Below, piece by piece: positions 11,110 to 21,500 of a DNA stretch of 64,000 nt; within the stretch, counting starts at the first letter, position 1; each line of letters begins with the position of its first letter. The DNA comes from Trueperaceae bacterium. Its GTDB lineage: Bacteria > Deinococcota > Deinococci > Deinococcales > Trueperaceae. The stretch is from positions 3,072,001-3,136,000 of the forward strand of contig OZ243927.1 of assembly GCA_965213925.1 (NCBI GenBank). Reading direction: 5' to 3'. Made by a program: the position numbers and the translations under genes. A model generated the notes under the pieces. The model was not told the origin of the DNA. It did not search any database and was given only the letters and a program-made list of their open reading frames with translations.

Positions 11110-11203
11110 AAGGTCTCCTAGGAGAAGGGTCAGCTTGTTAGCATTTCGGCGGGTCAGCTCGAGTTTACGTAGCAGCGTTGGCTATAAATGAATGCGGCGC
11201 GGC

Positions 11204-11231
11204 GTAGGGGCGATTCATGAATCGCCCCTAC
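11204..11231. repeat. REP-like perfect 28-bp palindrome (copy 2)
   Basis: Identical to 4231-4258. Confidence 0.9.
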
Positions 11232-11240
11232 GGAGAAGCG

Positions 11241-12437
11241 TTACTGGACGACCTCATTAAAATGCTGCACTAACGCCTCGGCGAACTCCGGGTCGTTAAT
11301 GTTGTGGGGCAAGCGGATGAGCTGGCGGTGTTCAGTCTGCTTCACGGTCTCTTCCAATGCGCCAAAGAGCGCCTTGTCCGCTTCGGGGTCGTGAAACGGT
11401 TGACCCTCAGCGTCCAGCATCGAGACGCCGCCCTCGGGAATCAAAAAGCGTACGGGTCCCGCGCACTGGTTGAGCTTTTCGCCGATCCAACGCCCCATCT
11501 TCTCGTTCTCTTCAGGTGTGGTGCGCATAAGCGTAACCTGTGGATTATGAACGTAGAGGTTGCGGTCTTGGTACTTCCCCGGCACCGTCTCCTTCGCGCC
11601 GAAGTTCACCATGTCGAGCGCCCCGCACGAGCCGACGTAGGGAAGACCTGTTCTCGCCACAGCGCCCAACCTATCTTCGCCTGCGCTCATCACCCCGCCC
11701 ATCAAGAGGTCGGCGACTTCGGTGGTGGTGAGGTCGACCACGCCCGCGACGAGACCGGAGTCAACGAGTTTTTCCATCGACTGCCCGCCTGTGCCGGTAG
11801 CGTGGAAGACCAGACAGTCGTAGTCGTTCTCGAGCCTCTCCCGCACCGCTTCGGCGCAAGGCGTCGTCACGCCGAACATGGTGATGCCTACGGCGGGCTT
11901 CGACTCCTCGACTTGCGGAACCTGGTTCGCGACCATGCCCGCTACGGCGTGAGCGGCGTTGCCTAAGACGCGCCTCGAGATTCTATTGAGCCCCGCCACG
12001 TCCGTCACCGAGTACATCATGCAAATGTCGCTCGGTCCCACATAAGGCGCGACGTTGCCCGACGCAACCGTGGAAACCACGACTTTTGGCACGCCGACTT
12101 TCAAGGTGCGCATCGCGGGCGTAACGAGCGCCGTGCCGCCCGAGCCGCCGAGCCCAAGCATCCCCGCGACGTCGTTTTTAGTTTGGATGAAGTGCTCGAA
12201 CGCCGTCGCCATCGCACCCACCGCTTCGCCTCTATCATCGCTGAAAACAGCATCCTGACCCTCTGGATGATGCGAGGCGACCTCTTGTGCGCTCACGTCA
12301 ACCTCTCCCTCACCACGCTTCGTGCCAACGTCAACGGTGGTGACGGACGCACCTGCTCGTCTCACTAAGTCTGCAACATAGCGTAGCTCTTCACCTTTTG
12401 TATCGAACGTGCCGACGACATAAACTGCCATACTCAC
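11241..12437 (-). CDS. Tm-1-like ATP-binding domain protein (UPF0261)
   Basis: [31 protein letters not shown] and DMVNFG motifs. GTG start overlaps the cupin stop (GTGA); alternative ATG at 12431. Confidence 0.92.
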   Translation of the reverse strand: MSMAVYVVGTFDTKGEELRYVADLVRRAGASVTTVDVGTKRGEGEVDVSAQEVASHHPEGQDAVFSDDRGEAVGAMATAFEHFIQTKNDVAGMLGLGGSGGTALVTPAMRTLKVGVPKVVVSTVASGNVAPYVGPSDICMMYSVTDVAGLNRISRRVLGNAAHAVAGMVANQVPQVEESKPAVGITMFGVTTPCAEAVRERLENDYDCLVFHATGTGGQSMEKLVDSGLVAGVVDLTTTEVADLLMGGVMSAGEDRLGAVARTGLPYVGSCGALDMVNFGAKETVPGKYQDRNLYVHNPQVTLMRTTPEENEKMGRWIGEKLNQCAGPVRFLIPEGGVSMLDAEGQPFHDPEADKALFGALEETVKQTEHRQLIRLPHNINDPEFAEALVQHFNEVVQ

Positions 12438-12868
12438 CCGCGTTTGGGCGTTTCGCCCGCCGGAAAGACTTGCACGCCAGGGACGCCGCGCAGCACGTCT
12501 TCGGGGCCGGGCGGCGCGTAGATCGCCACCAGTTTAAGGGGTTCCCAACCCGTGTTAATCGTCTCGTGAAACACGTCTGGCGGAATATGGATGAGCGTCC
12601 CCGCGCCCACCTCGCGCCGCTCCTCTTGCGTCTCGCCGTTTCCGTCCGAGACCTCGACCATCTGCTCGCCCGTACCCGAAATGACGTAGAGGATTTCCTC
12701 GACGCCGGGGTGGTTGTGGCGCTCGTGACTTTTGCCGGGTTCTAGGATGACGACGCCCGCTGTAAACCTGTCGGTCTTCGTCACCTTGGGTTCAGAAAGC
12801 CATTTGATGCTGCCCCAATCGAAGACGAGAGTTTCGACGTTGTTGGGGTCGATAAAAGGGGATGCCAT
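12434..12868 (-). CDS. Cupin domain protein
   Basis: Metal-binding cupin motifs HNH..VEE.LYV.SG.G and IPPDVFH. Confidence 0.88.
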   Translation of the reverse strand: MASPFIDPNNVETLVFDWGSIKWLSEPKVTKTDRFTAGVVILEPGKSHERHNHPGVEEILYVISGTGEQMVEVSDGNGETQEERREVGAGTLIHIPPDVFHETINTGWEPLKLVAIYAPPGPEDVLRGVPGVQVFPAGETPKRG

Positions 12869-12928
12869 AAGGTACTCCTCGCAAATTCACTTGCTACTCA
12901 TTTCTTCCGGTTTCTACTGAGTTGGCTA

Positions 12929-12984
12929 TTAGCTTTTAGCGGTTAGGTACTAGCAAAGGTCCTCAGCTAATCGCTAAAAGCTAA
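12929..12984. repeat. Heptamer-built inverted repeat (18-bp arms)
   Basis: TTAGCTTTTAGCGGTTAG ... CTAATCGCTAAAAGCTAA with one mismatch. Confidence 0.7.
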
Positions 12985-13012
12985 AAAAGGGCTGACCTCG
13001 TCAGCCAGCCCC
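12983..13012 (-). terminator. Rho-independent terminator after coxM
   Basis: Minus strand GGCTGAC-GAG-GTCAGCC-C followed by TTTTTT. Confidence 0.65.
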
Positions 13013-13037
13013 TCACGTCAGCGTCGCCAAAACATCC

Positions 13038-13892
13038 TCAAGCGTTTTCCCACGCTTCTAAAAGTGCCCGTTTGGTCAGCGCTTTCGTAAGCTGACGGCG
13101 GTAGTCCGCGTTAGCGAAGGGGTCTTCTAACGGCATGATGTCGTCCGCCGCGTGCTCCGCCGCTTGGCTCGCGAGGTCTGCGCTAAAGGTCTGTCCCGCC
13201 AGTGCATTTTCGGTGCCTTCAGCGCGGTACGCCCCATCCGACATACCCGTGACACCGACGCGACACGTTTTGACGGTATCACCGTCTTTCTCGAGCACGA
13301 CCGCCACACCAACCACGGCGTAACCCGACGCCGGGTGGCGCATCTTCTGGTAGGACGAACCGCCCTTTTGATAGGGCACGCGAATCTCGGTTAAGATTTC
13401 GCCCTCTTGCACGGCGGTCTCGAAGAAGCCGAAGAAAAACTCACCTGCAGGAACGGTGCGCTCGCCCTCCGCGCCGCGGATGACCATCTCCGCTCCTAAC
13501 GCCAAAATCGCCGCTGGCGGGTCGCCTGCCGGGTCCGCGTGCGCAATCGCTCCGCCGAGCGTCCCGCAATTACGTACCTGCATGTCGCCGACGTTGTTGA
13601 TGAGCTGCGCTAGAAGAGGCGCTTTATCCCTGACGATATCATTACTTTCGACTTGGTAGTACGTTGAGAGCGCGCCGATTGCGATGTGGTCGCCCTCATC
13701 GCGGACGTGTTGCAAGTCGCCGCGCAGCTTGCGCATGTCGATGAGGTGCGCGGGCGTGGCGAGGCGCAGCTTCATGGTCGGCATGAGGCTGTGCCCGCCC
13801 GCGAGAAGCTTCGCGTCGCTGTGTTCGCTCATCAAGCTGAGCGCCTCGTCGATGGACGTAGGGGTGTGGTAGGTGAAGCTGGCTGGGTGCAT
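13038..13892 (-). CDS. coxM: Molybdenum hydroxylase FAD-binding (medium) subunit, CoxM/CutM family
   Basis: LAGGHSL, QVRNCGTLGG and AHADPAGD motifs. Confidence 0.9.
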   Translation of the reverse strand: MHPASFTYHTPTSIDEALSLMSEHSDAKLLAGGHSLMPTMKLRLATPAHLIDMRKLRGDLQHVRDEGDHIAIGALSTYYQVESNDIVRDKAPLLAQLINNVGDMQVRNCGTLGGAIAHADPAGDPPAAILALGAEMVIRGAEGERTVPAGEFFFGFFETAVQEGEILTEIRVPYQKGGSSYQKMRHPASGYAVVGVAVVLEKDGDTVKTCRVGVTGMSDGAYRAEGTENALAGQTFSADLASQAAEHAADDIMPLEDPFANADYRRQLTKALTKRALLEAWENA

Positions 13893-13913
13893 AGAAATTC
13901 CTTTCAGGAATTG

Positions 13914-13973
13914 AGAGAAAAGTGCTGAGGACTGAGGTGAAAGAGAAAAACTCAGTCCTCAGCACTTTTCTCT
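13914..13973. repeat. Perfect 23-bp-arm intergenic hairpin between coxL and coxM
   Basis: AGAGAAAAGTGCTGAGGACTGAG-N14-CTCAGTCCTCAGCACTTTTCTCT. Confidence 0.85.
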
Positions 13974-13985
13974 TTTCTCTCGCCT

Positions 13986-16352
13986 TTAATCTGCTGCCTG
14001 CGCTAACTGCGCGTCTTGCATGGCTTGCCAGACGCGGGGGGCGCTCATCGGCATGTCCATGTGGGTGATGCCGAAGGGTTGTAAGGCGTCCGTGACGGCG
14101 TTCGCGACTGCCGCCGTGCTCGCGATGCAGCCGGCTTCGCCGACTCCTTTGACGCCCAAGGGGTTTTGCGGCGCGGGGGTGACGGTGTGGTCGATTTCGA
14201 AAGAGGGCAAGTGTGAGGCTTTGGGTAGGGCGTAGTCCATGTATGAGCCCGTGAGGAGCTGACCGTTGTCGTCGTAGACGGCATTCTCAAGGAGGGCTTG
14301 CGAGACGCCCTGCGCGATGCCGCCGTGCACCTGTCCCTCGACGATCAAGGGGTTGATGAGGTTGCCGCAGTCGTCCACCGAGACGTAGCGAACGAGCTTG
14401 ACCTCGCCCGTGTCGGGCATAACTTCGACCATCGCGATATGCGTGCCGAAGGGGTAGGTGAAGTTCGTCGGGTCGAAGAAGGCGGTCTCCTCGAGCCCCG
14501 GTTCCAAATCATCCGGGTAGTTGTGCGCCAAATATGCCTGCAGCGCCACGTCGCCGAAGCCCACTGAATTCTCCGAGGAGCCCTTCACGCGGAAGTTGCC
14601 GTCTTCGTACTCTAAGTCATCTTCGCGCGCTTCCAAGAGGTGCGCCGCGATTTTCTGCGCTTTATCTTTAACCTTACGCGCCGCGTTGATGACCGCGCTG
14701 CCGCCCACCGGACCGCTCCGGCTGCCGTACGTTCCCCACCCAAAGGGCATCTTGCCCGTATCGCCGTGCACGACTTGGATATTTTCCATCGGCACGCCGA
14801 GTTCGTCGGCGACGATCTGCGCGAACGCGGTTTCGTGCCCTTGTCCGTGGCTGTGCGAGCCCGTGAAGACCTCGATCATCCCGGTCGGCGCGACGCGCAC
14901 GAGCGAGCTTTCCCACTGCCCCGCTTGCGCCCCGATGCTGCCGACCAAGGACGACGGAGCCAAGCCGCACGCCTCGACGAAGCACGAGAAGCCGATGCCT
15001 AAGTAGCGCCCGTTCTTGCGACCTTCGTCGCGCTCGCGCTTGAAGTCTTCGTAGCCGACCATCTCGAGCCCTTTATCCAACGCCCGCTCGTACTCGCCGC
15101 TGTCGTAAGCTAGCGCGACGGGCGTCTGATACGGGAACTGCTCGGGCTGGATGAAGTTTTTGCGGCGGAATTCTGCCGGGTCTTCGTCAAGTTCTATCGC
15201 CATGCGGTTCATGAGTCGCTCAATGACGTAAGTCGCCTCGGGTCGCCCTGCGCCGCGGTAGGCGTCCACGGGCGTCGTCGTCGTGAAGACGCCGTTGACC
15301 TCACAGTAAATCGCTGGAACTTGGTACGTGCCGGAGAGCAAGCAGCCGTAGAGGTACGTCGGCACGGCGGGCGCGAAGAGCGTTAAGTATGCGCCTAAGT
15401 TCGCATCCGTGTGGACGCGCACGCCCAGAATCTTGCCGTTCTCGTCCGTCGCCATCTCCGCTGTGGTGTGGTGGTCGCGCCCATGGGAGTCCGTCTGGAA
15501 GCTCTCGCTGCGCTTCGCGGTCCACTTGATGGGTCGCTTATGCTTTTTCGAGGCGTGTAAGACGACGACCTCTTCGGGGTACTGGAAAATCTTCGAGCCG
15601 AAGCCGCCGCCCACGTCGGGGCTCACGATGCGCAGCTTGTTCTCGGGGATGCTCATGACGAACGCCGCCAAGATGAGGCGGTGGACGTGGGGGTTTTGTG
15701 AGGTGGTGTAGAGCGTGTACTCGTCCGTGCCGGGGTTGTAGTCGGCTAGGGATGCTCTCGGCTCAATCGCGTTGGGGATGAGGCGGTTGTTACGCAGGCG
15801 GATGCTGACCGTGTGCGCCGCTCTGCCAAAGTTGGTGTCCGTCTCGTCCTTGTCGCCAATGGACCAGTTGAAACACTGGTTGCCGGGGACGTCGTCGTGG
15901 ACGCTCGGGGCGTCGTCCTCCAACGCCCTGTCCGCCCGCGCCACACCCGGAAGCTGCTCGTAATCGACCTTGACTAAGTCAACCGCGTCCTCCGCCGCGA
16001 CAACGCTCTCCGCGATGATCGCCGCAACGATTTCCCCTTGAAACCGCGCCTTATCGGTGGCGATCGCGTAGTGGGGCGGCGTCTTGATGTCGGGCAGGAG
16101 CCAACCCGGTGGAATCGAGCCGATGCCCGCATCCAGGAGTTCTTGCCCCACGATCACGTCGAGGACGCCGGGGTGCCTCAGCGCCTCGCTCGGGTCGATG
16201 CTGCTAATTTTCGCGTGCGCGTAGGGGCAGCGCACCATGACCACGTAAGCTTGCCCATGTAGGTTGATGTCGTCCGTATAGCGCCCTTCGCCCTTGATGA
16301 ATTTAGGGTCTTCGGTGCGCTTGACCGCCTTACCGATATATTTTTCGCTCAT
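13986..16352 (-). CDS. coxL: Molybdopterin-binding large subunit, form II CoxL-like (xanthine dehydrogenase family)
   Basis: VGGGFGSK, active-site loop AYRGAGR (not the form I AYxCSFR), GQGHET, KGVGEAG. Confidence 0.88.
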   Translation of the reverse strand: MSEKYIGKAVKRTEDPKFIKGEGRYTDDINLHGQAYVVMVRCPYAHAKISSIDPSEALRHPGVLDVIVGQELLDAGIGSIPPGWLLPDIKTPPHYAIATDKARFQGEIVAAIIAESVVAAEDAVDLVKVDYEQLPGVARADRALEDDAPSVHDDVPGNQCFNWSIGDKDETDTNFGRAAHTVSIRLRNNRLIPNAIEPRASLADYNPGTDEYTLYTTSQNPHVHRLILAAFVMSIPENKLRIVSPDVGGGFGSKIFQYPEEVVVLHASKKHKRPIKWTAKRSESFQTDSHGRDHHTTAEMATDENGKILGVRVHTDANLGAYLTLFAPAVPTYLYGCLLSGTYQVPAIYCEVNGVFTTTTPVDAYRGAGRPEATYVIERLMNRMAIELDEDPAEFRRKNFIQPEQFPYQTPVALAYDSGEYERALDKGLEMVGYEDFKRERDEGRKNGRYLGIGFSCFVEACGLAPSSLVGSIGAQAGQWESSLVRVAPTGMIEVFTGSHSHGQGHETAFAQIVADELGVPMENIQVVHGDTGKMPFGWGTYGSRSGPVGGSAVINAARKVKDKAQKIAAHLLEAREDDLEYEDGNFRVKGSSENSVGFGDVALQAYLAHNYPDDLEPGLEETAFFDPTNFTYPFGTHIAMVEVMPDTGEVKLVRYVSVDDCGNLINPLIVEGQVHGGIAQGVSQALLENAVYDDNGQLLTGSYMDYALPKASHLPSFEIDHTVTPAPQNPLGVKGVGEAGCIASTAAVANAVTDALQPFGITHMDMPMSAPRVWQAMQDAQLAQAAD

Positions 16353-16366
16353 ATTAATACTCCTTT

Positions 16367-16420
16367 AGGACTGAGTGCTGAGGACTGAGTAGAAAAGTCT
16401 TTCACTCAGTCCTCAGTCCT
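16367..16420. repeat. Intergenic hairpin between coxS and coxL, same family as 13914-13973
   Basis: Shares GTGCTGAGGACTGAG and CTCAGTCCTCAG arms built from GGACTGA/GTGCTGA heptads. Confidence 0.8.
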
Positions 16421-16436
16421 TTTCTCTTTCAACTTC

Positions 16437-16949
16437 CTAATCCGCCGCGACTGCTTGCTCCTGCGACGCCTGCATCTTATTCGCGGCATACTGCACCGCT
16501 TTGACGATGTTGTGGTAACCCGTGCAGCGGCAGTAGTTGCCCTCTAACCCCTCGCGTATTTCCGCTTCGGACGGGTTGGGGTTGCGCTCTAAAAGCTGCA
16601 CGGCGGTCATCAAAAAGCCGGGCGTGCAGAAGCCGCACTGTAAGCCGTGCTCCTCCCAGAAGCCCTCTTGCAGCGGGTGAAGCTCGTTGCCGTTAGCTAG
16701 GCCTTCAACGGTCTGAACTTCAGATTCATCAGCTTGCAAGGCGAGGATGGTGCAGGACTTGACGGCTAAACCGTCTAGCATCACGGTGCACGCGCCGCAA
16801 CTGCTCGTGTCGCAGCCGACGTGAGTGCCGGTCAGTCCTAGTTGGTCGCGGATGAGGTGAACCAAGAGCGTGCGCGGTTCGACTTCGCGGGTGTAGGGTT
16901 TGCCGTTGACGGATAGGGTGACGGAAACGGTAGAAGAAGGGGTGCTCAT
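16437..16949 (-). CDS. coxS: 2Fe-2S small subunit, CoxS/CutS family
   Basis: [20 protein letters not shown] and CRCTGY motifs. Confidence 0.93.
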   Translation of the reverse strand: MSTPSSTVSVTLSVNGKPYTREVEPRTLLVHLIRDQLGLTGTHVGCDTSSCGACTVMLDGLAVKSCTILALQADESEVQTVEGLANGNELHPLQEGFWEEHGLQCGFCTPGFLMTAVQLLERNPNPSEAEIREGLEGNYCRCTGYHNIVKAVQYAANKMQASQEQAVAAD

Positions 16950-16959
16950 CTAAACTCCT

Positions 16960-17442
16960 TTAGGCTGGTTTGGCGGCTGGGGTTGTGGGTGTTGGGGTGT
17001 GCTGATAGTCTTGAGCCTGCTTGCTGACGCTTTCAAAGAATTGCCCGGCGAGTTTCTTGGCGACGCCGCCGACCAAGCGTGCGCCGACTGAAGCTAAGCG
17101 CCCGGAAATCTGCGGCTCGCCCTCGTAGTGGACGATGGTGCCGCTCTGAGCTTCCTCGAGCCGCAAAGTCCCCACCGCCTTCACCCCGCCAGGACCGCCG
17201 GAGCCGTCCACGGAGAGGACGAGCGAGTCAGGAAGCTGCTTTTCCATCACCTCAACGTGACCTGAGAACTCCCCCTTGACCGGACCGATGCCAAGCTCCA
17301 AGACGGCGCGGTAATAATCTTCGCGCTCCATCTCCATCTGCTTGACGCCGGGCGTCGCTTTAGAGAGCACCTCCGGGTCTTGGAGCATGTACCAGACCTG
17401 CTCCCTCGGTGCGGCGATGGTATGTGAACCCGCTACTTTCAT
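16960..17442 (-). CDS. coxG: CoxG-like SRPBCC protein
   Basis: APREQVW..L.DPEVL...PG and G.LA..G.RL...A..L...FF patterns. ATG follows a GGAGG RBS. No C-terminal TM anchor. Confidence 0.85.
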   Translation of the reverse strand: MKVAGSHTIAAPREQVWYMLQDPEVLSKATPGVKQMEMEREDYYRAVLELGIGPVKGEFSGHVEVMEKQLPDSLVLSVDGSGGPGGVKAVGTLRLEEAQSGTIVHYEGEPQISGRLASVGARLVGGVAKKLAGQFFESVSKQAQDYQHTPTPTTPAAKPA

Positions 17443-17535
17443 CCTTTCCTCCAATGGTGCGCGTGCTATGAAGAGGTCGGCTCCGGAGGGAGCGCAGGGG
17501 TAAGCGAAAGGCTTTGAACAGCTTGATTAAGGTTA

Positions 17536-17564
17536 AGCCTAGCGCATAAAGAGGTTCACGTCAA
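17536..17564 (-). promoter_or_regulatory. sigmaA-type promoter of the cox operon
   Basis: Minus strand TTGACG-N17-TAGGCT. Confidence 0.7.
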
Positions 17565-17602
17565 TGTTGTGCGGAGGCTGTCCTGGTGTACTTTCACGCT
17601 TT

Positions 17603-17618
17603 TGTAACTTTTGTCACA
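17603..17618. promoter_or_regulatory. CRP/FNR-family binding-site candidate
   Basis: TGTAA-N6-TCACA, 9/10 match to TGTGA-N6-TCACA, about 80 bp upstream of the predicted cox TSS. Confidence 0.5.
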
Positions 17619-17645
17619 AGTTTGAGGCGGTGAGAGGCTCGAGCC

Positions 17646-18491
17646 CTACAACCCCTCCCGAATCTTCCGCGAAAAGTCCGGGTCAGTTACAAACTTCGTC
17701 GCTTTCTCCTTGACGTTGAAGTGGCTGCGCAGTCTCTCAAAAGGCAACTCCGTCTCGATGAGGTCGCGGCTGTAAAGAATCCGGTCCGACCAACCCGGCG
17801 CGACTTGCGCCACCGTGTAGCGCGAGAGCGCCGAGGGGTCTACCTCGGTGACATGTTTGACGATGCCGCTCGTGCAGTTGTCGAACAGACTGTTGTAAAA
17901 GCGCGGCTCCTCTACGAGTTTATCGGCGGCGCGAAGGTAGCTCAGCAGAAGCTCCCGAATAACCTCGGGCGTGGCGCGAATCGGGTAGAGGTACACGTCG
18001 TGGTCTAACACGAAAGCGCGGCGGGCGATGAGGTCGCGCTCGTCGCCGAAGAGGTACACGAGTTCGAAGCTTTTGAACAGCCCGCGCAAGAGGTCGTAAT
18101 GTTCGCCTTCGGGGATACGCGCTTCGATGGAGATAGCCAAGTAGCGTCCGTCCGAAAAACCGAAACTCAGGAGCGTGTGGGCAACCGCGTCGAAACGGCT
18201 AAAGGACTCTAGGACGAGCCATAAGGACTCGAGTTTGTCCAAATCAAAGGTGCGTGTGTCATACGCAATCTTGACGTCTTGCGGGTCGCCAGCGCCGTCC
18301 ACCTGACCGTAGCGAAAGTCGCGTAAATCGCGAATCGTGACCTCTTGTCCTTCGATGTCAACACGGGGCATGACCGCATAATCTACCTTCCAGTCGCGGT
18401 CATGGCGCGGCTTTTTCGGACTCAGTGAGAGAATGAGGTAGAGAAGACCACCAAGGACCGCTAAAGAAGCGAAGTAGAGAGGGGGGGTCAT
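17646..18491 (-). CDS. DUF4105 (Lnb N-terminal-like) membrane-anchored protein
   Basis: N-terminal TM, AHTLLSFGF, SIEAR, GDERDL and FYNSLFDNCT motifs (His/Cys dyad). Confidence 0.8.
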   Translation of the reverse strand: MTPPLYFASLAVLGGLLYLILSLSPKKPRHDRDWKVDYAVMPRVDIEGQEVTIRDLRDFRYGQVDGAGDPQDVKIAYDTRTFDLDKLESLWLVLESFSRFDAVAHTLLSFGFSDGRYLAISIEARIPEGEHYDLLRGLFKSFELVYLFGDERDLIARRAFVLDHDVYLYPIRATPEVIRELLLSYLRAADKLVEEPRFYNSLFDNCTSGIVKHVTEVDPSALSRYTVAQVAPGWSDRILYSRDLIETELPFERLRSHFNVKEKATKFVTDPDFSRKIREGL

Positions 18492-18531
18492 GGGCTCAAG
18501 ACTCGAGCGAGGCGTCTAAAAACCATAGACC

Positions 18532-21500
18532 CTAATTGCCCCCCGTCTCGACAAACACAGCCGTCGTGCGAGCGGGTACTTGAAGTGTGCCGCCGCTCAG
18601 CTGCGCCTCTTTCACTCTGTCATCGCCGCTCCCCTGCTGCACCGGGTGAAGTTGAAACGTCGTTTCGGCGAGAGGTAGGTCTAAAGTCTGCGCTTCATCC
18701 GTAGCGTTAAAGGCGACGACGATATTCCCGTATCTACTCTGCGCCTCAGAACCATCCGCGCTCAAACTCATCACAATCACGCCAGGGACTTGCTCGGGAC
18801 CCGTGTTATGAAAGGTCAACTGGCTCTGCACCGCTTCGGCACTCTCCAAGCGGAAGAGGGGCGAGCTTTGGCGGACCGCGAGCATCTCGCGCAGGTGCTC
18901 CGCTGACCTCTCGATATGCGCCGCTTCTGGCACCTCGCGCCCCTGCAGTATCGGCGTCATGATAGCCCAATTGTCCTCGTTCGACCACGCGGGCGGCAAG
19001 CCGACGCCCCAGTTGTTGTTCTCATAGCTGTAGTCAAGTTTGTTAAACCAGTCGCCCGAGTCGTACGAGTCGCGGTCCAGTGATTTTGAGCGCAGCAGTT
19101 CGCTGCCCGCGTGGAAGAAGGGCGTGCCTTGCGAGAGCGCGACGATGCTGAGACCTAGGTTCTGTGCGCGCACGCGCTCGTCCATAGAGAGGTCGGCAGG
19201 GTGCTTGTACTCGTTATTGTCCCACAAGGTTTGATTATCGTGCGCTGAGACGTAGGTCACGACCTCTTGCGGGGCTTCCGCGTACCCTACAGGTGAGCCA
19301 TTATAGTCCACCGCCGCGCCGCTGACCTCTTCGCCTCGGGCGTTTTGGAAGGTGTAGCTGGATAAGTTCCCTGTGAGCCCCACGCGAATCTGATCGGCGG
19401 CGAGTAGGAGTACGTCTCGCTGTTCCTCTTCGGACGCCGCGACCTCACTGTTCGGGTTGTAGAAAAGCCCATTGATAAAGCCTTGATTCGTCACCAAATC
19501 CGTTCCGCTGTCAAAAGGTCCGCCGCCGCGCACCGCGTCGCGCAACCTGTCGTTAAAGGTAGCGATCCCCAGACCGCCCGTGTTGAGCTGCGTCGCGTTG
19601 AGCCCCCTCGCCCCGTCCGCGACCTCGCCGAAGTTCCAGCCCTCGCCGTAGAGGAGAATGGTCGCGCCATCCACGCCGTCTTCTTCCATCGTCAAAGCGT
19701 TCAGCGCCTCTTTGACGACGACCATGTTGTCCACCATGTGGTGCCCCATCAAGTCGAAGCGGAAGCCGTCCACCTTGTAGTCACGCGCCCACGTCACAAG
19801 CGAGTCCACCATCAGCTTCTCCATCATCGCGTGTTCAGTGGCGGTGTTCTGGCAACACGTCGAGGTCTCGACCTCACCTTCTAAGTTGAGGCGGTGGTAG
19901 TAGCCGGGCACGACCTTATCCAGCACGGAGCGCTCGTTTTGCCCGCTCGCGTGGGTGTGGTTGTAGACCACGTCCATTACGACACGCAGCCCCGCCTCAT
20001 TCAAGGCTTTGACCATCTCGCGGTACTGCAGCGTGCGCGGCGTGCCCATCGGCTCCGTGCTGTAGCTCCCTTCGGGAACGGTGTAGTGATACGGGTCGTA
20101 ACCCCAGTTGAAGGGGTCTTGCTCCCGAATCTCGCCGATGGCAGCTTGTTGCTCCTCGGAGGCGGGACCATACGAGGCGAGGTCGCCCGCCGGTTCTCTC
20201 CACTCGGACTTGTCCTCGTTGATAGTCGCGATATCGAACGTCGGCAAGAGGTGGAGGTGAGTGAGCCCTGCGTCGGCTAAAGATTTGAGGTGCGTCATGC
20301 CGTTCGAGTCGGGATGGGTGAAGGCTAAGTACGTGCCCCGCTCCTCTTCGGGTACGGTCTCATCGCCTACGCTGAAGTCGCGCATGTGGAGTTCGTAGAC
20401 GCTGCTGTCTCTGGTCGAGGCTAAAGGGGGTTTTTCCAAGCTCGTCCATCCCTCCGGCTGAAGCTCTGCGCTCTGCAAATCTACGATCTGTGAATGTGTG
20501 CTGTTCTGCGCCAAGGCGTGCGAATACGGGTCGGTGACGAGGTTGGTTTCAATCTGCTGGGTGGTAGGCGCGTAAACCGTTGTCTCGAGGAGGTAATACT
20601 GCTCGTTCCAGTCAGAGTTTCCTGTGACGCTCCAGATACCCGTGGTGTCGTCAAAGGTCATCGCTTGCACCTCCGCCTCGCTGTCAAGGCTTTCAAAGAG
20701 GTGGAGCCTCACGTTCTGCGCCGTCGGAGCCCACACGCGCACAGTAGGGGCGTCACCGTCCCACACCACGCCAAGAGGTTCGTCGTAGGCAGCCTCCGCG
20801 TAGAGGTCGTCCAGGACGCCTGGAATCTGCACGCCCGTCGCCCTCAAGAGAGTACCTTCGCTGTCCCTCACGACCACGGCGAGTTGACCGCGCAAGAGGT
20901 CGGGGGCGTTGGGGGGGTCTGCTAGCTCGAGCCTCCCATACTCAGCGAGGTGTGGAAAGTCCGTCCTGACCTCTTCACTTAATCCATCTTCATCTAGCGT
21001 CAGCGGAAACTCGTCTCCTGCTAAGCTCTCCGCGCTCAAGCCCGCATCCGCTGCGTAAATGAGCGAGTATTGCGCGTCCTCTGGCAAACCGCTCGTGTCC
21101 AGCGCGAGCGTGTCCTCCCGGAGCCAGTGCGCTTCCGCTTGGCTGAGATTACCGACCGAAGCCGTGACCTCTTCGCCACTCGGCTGCTCCGTATAGAGCG
21201 TGCTGTCGCCCGACACGAGCCAGACCTCCTGACCCATCTCGCCGAGGTCCAAACTCATGTCAGGACCGGGGTCTTTCTCGTCGCCTTTATGGACGATGAA
21301 GTTAAGCGTCTCCGCGTTCTCCATCAGACCGACGTCCCAGTAGACGCCGTACTCGTCCTCACCGGAAATCTCCAAGCCGTTTTCCCACTCGGTGGGCTGG
21401 GTAGTGTCCTCCCACACGTGGAGCCGCCAACCTTCGTACACCCCATCTGGGCGGGTGTAGTGGATGCGGGCGGCGTTGTCGGTTTGCGCTGAGGTCACCG

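Noticed and set aside
13986..16352. Bona fide aerobic CO dehydrogenase
   Set aside because: The active-site loop is AYRGAGR rather than AYxCSFR, the gene order is S-L-M, and no coxDEF genes are adjacent.
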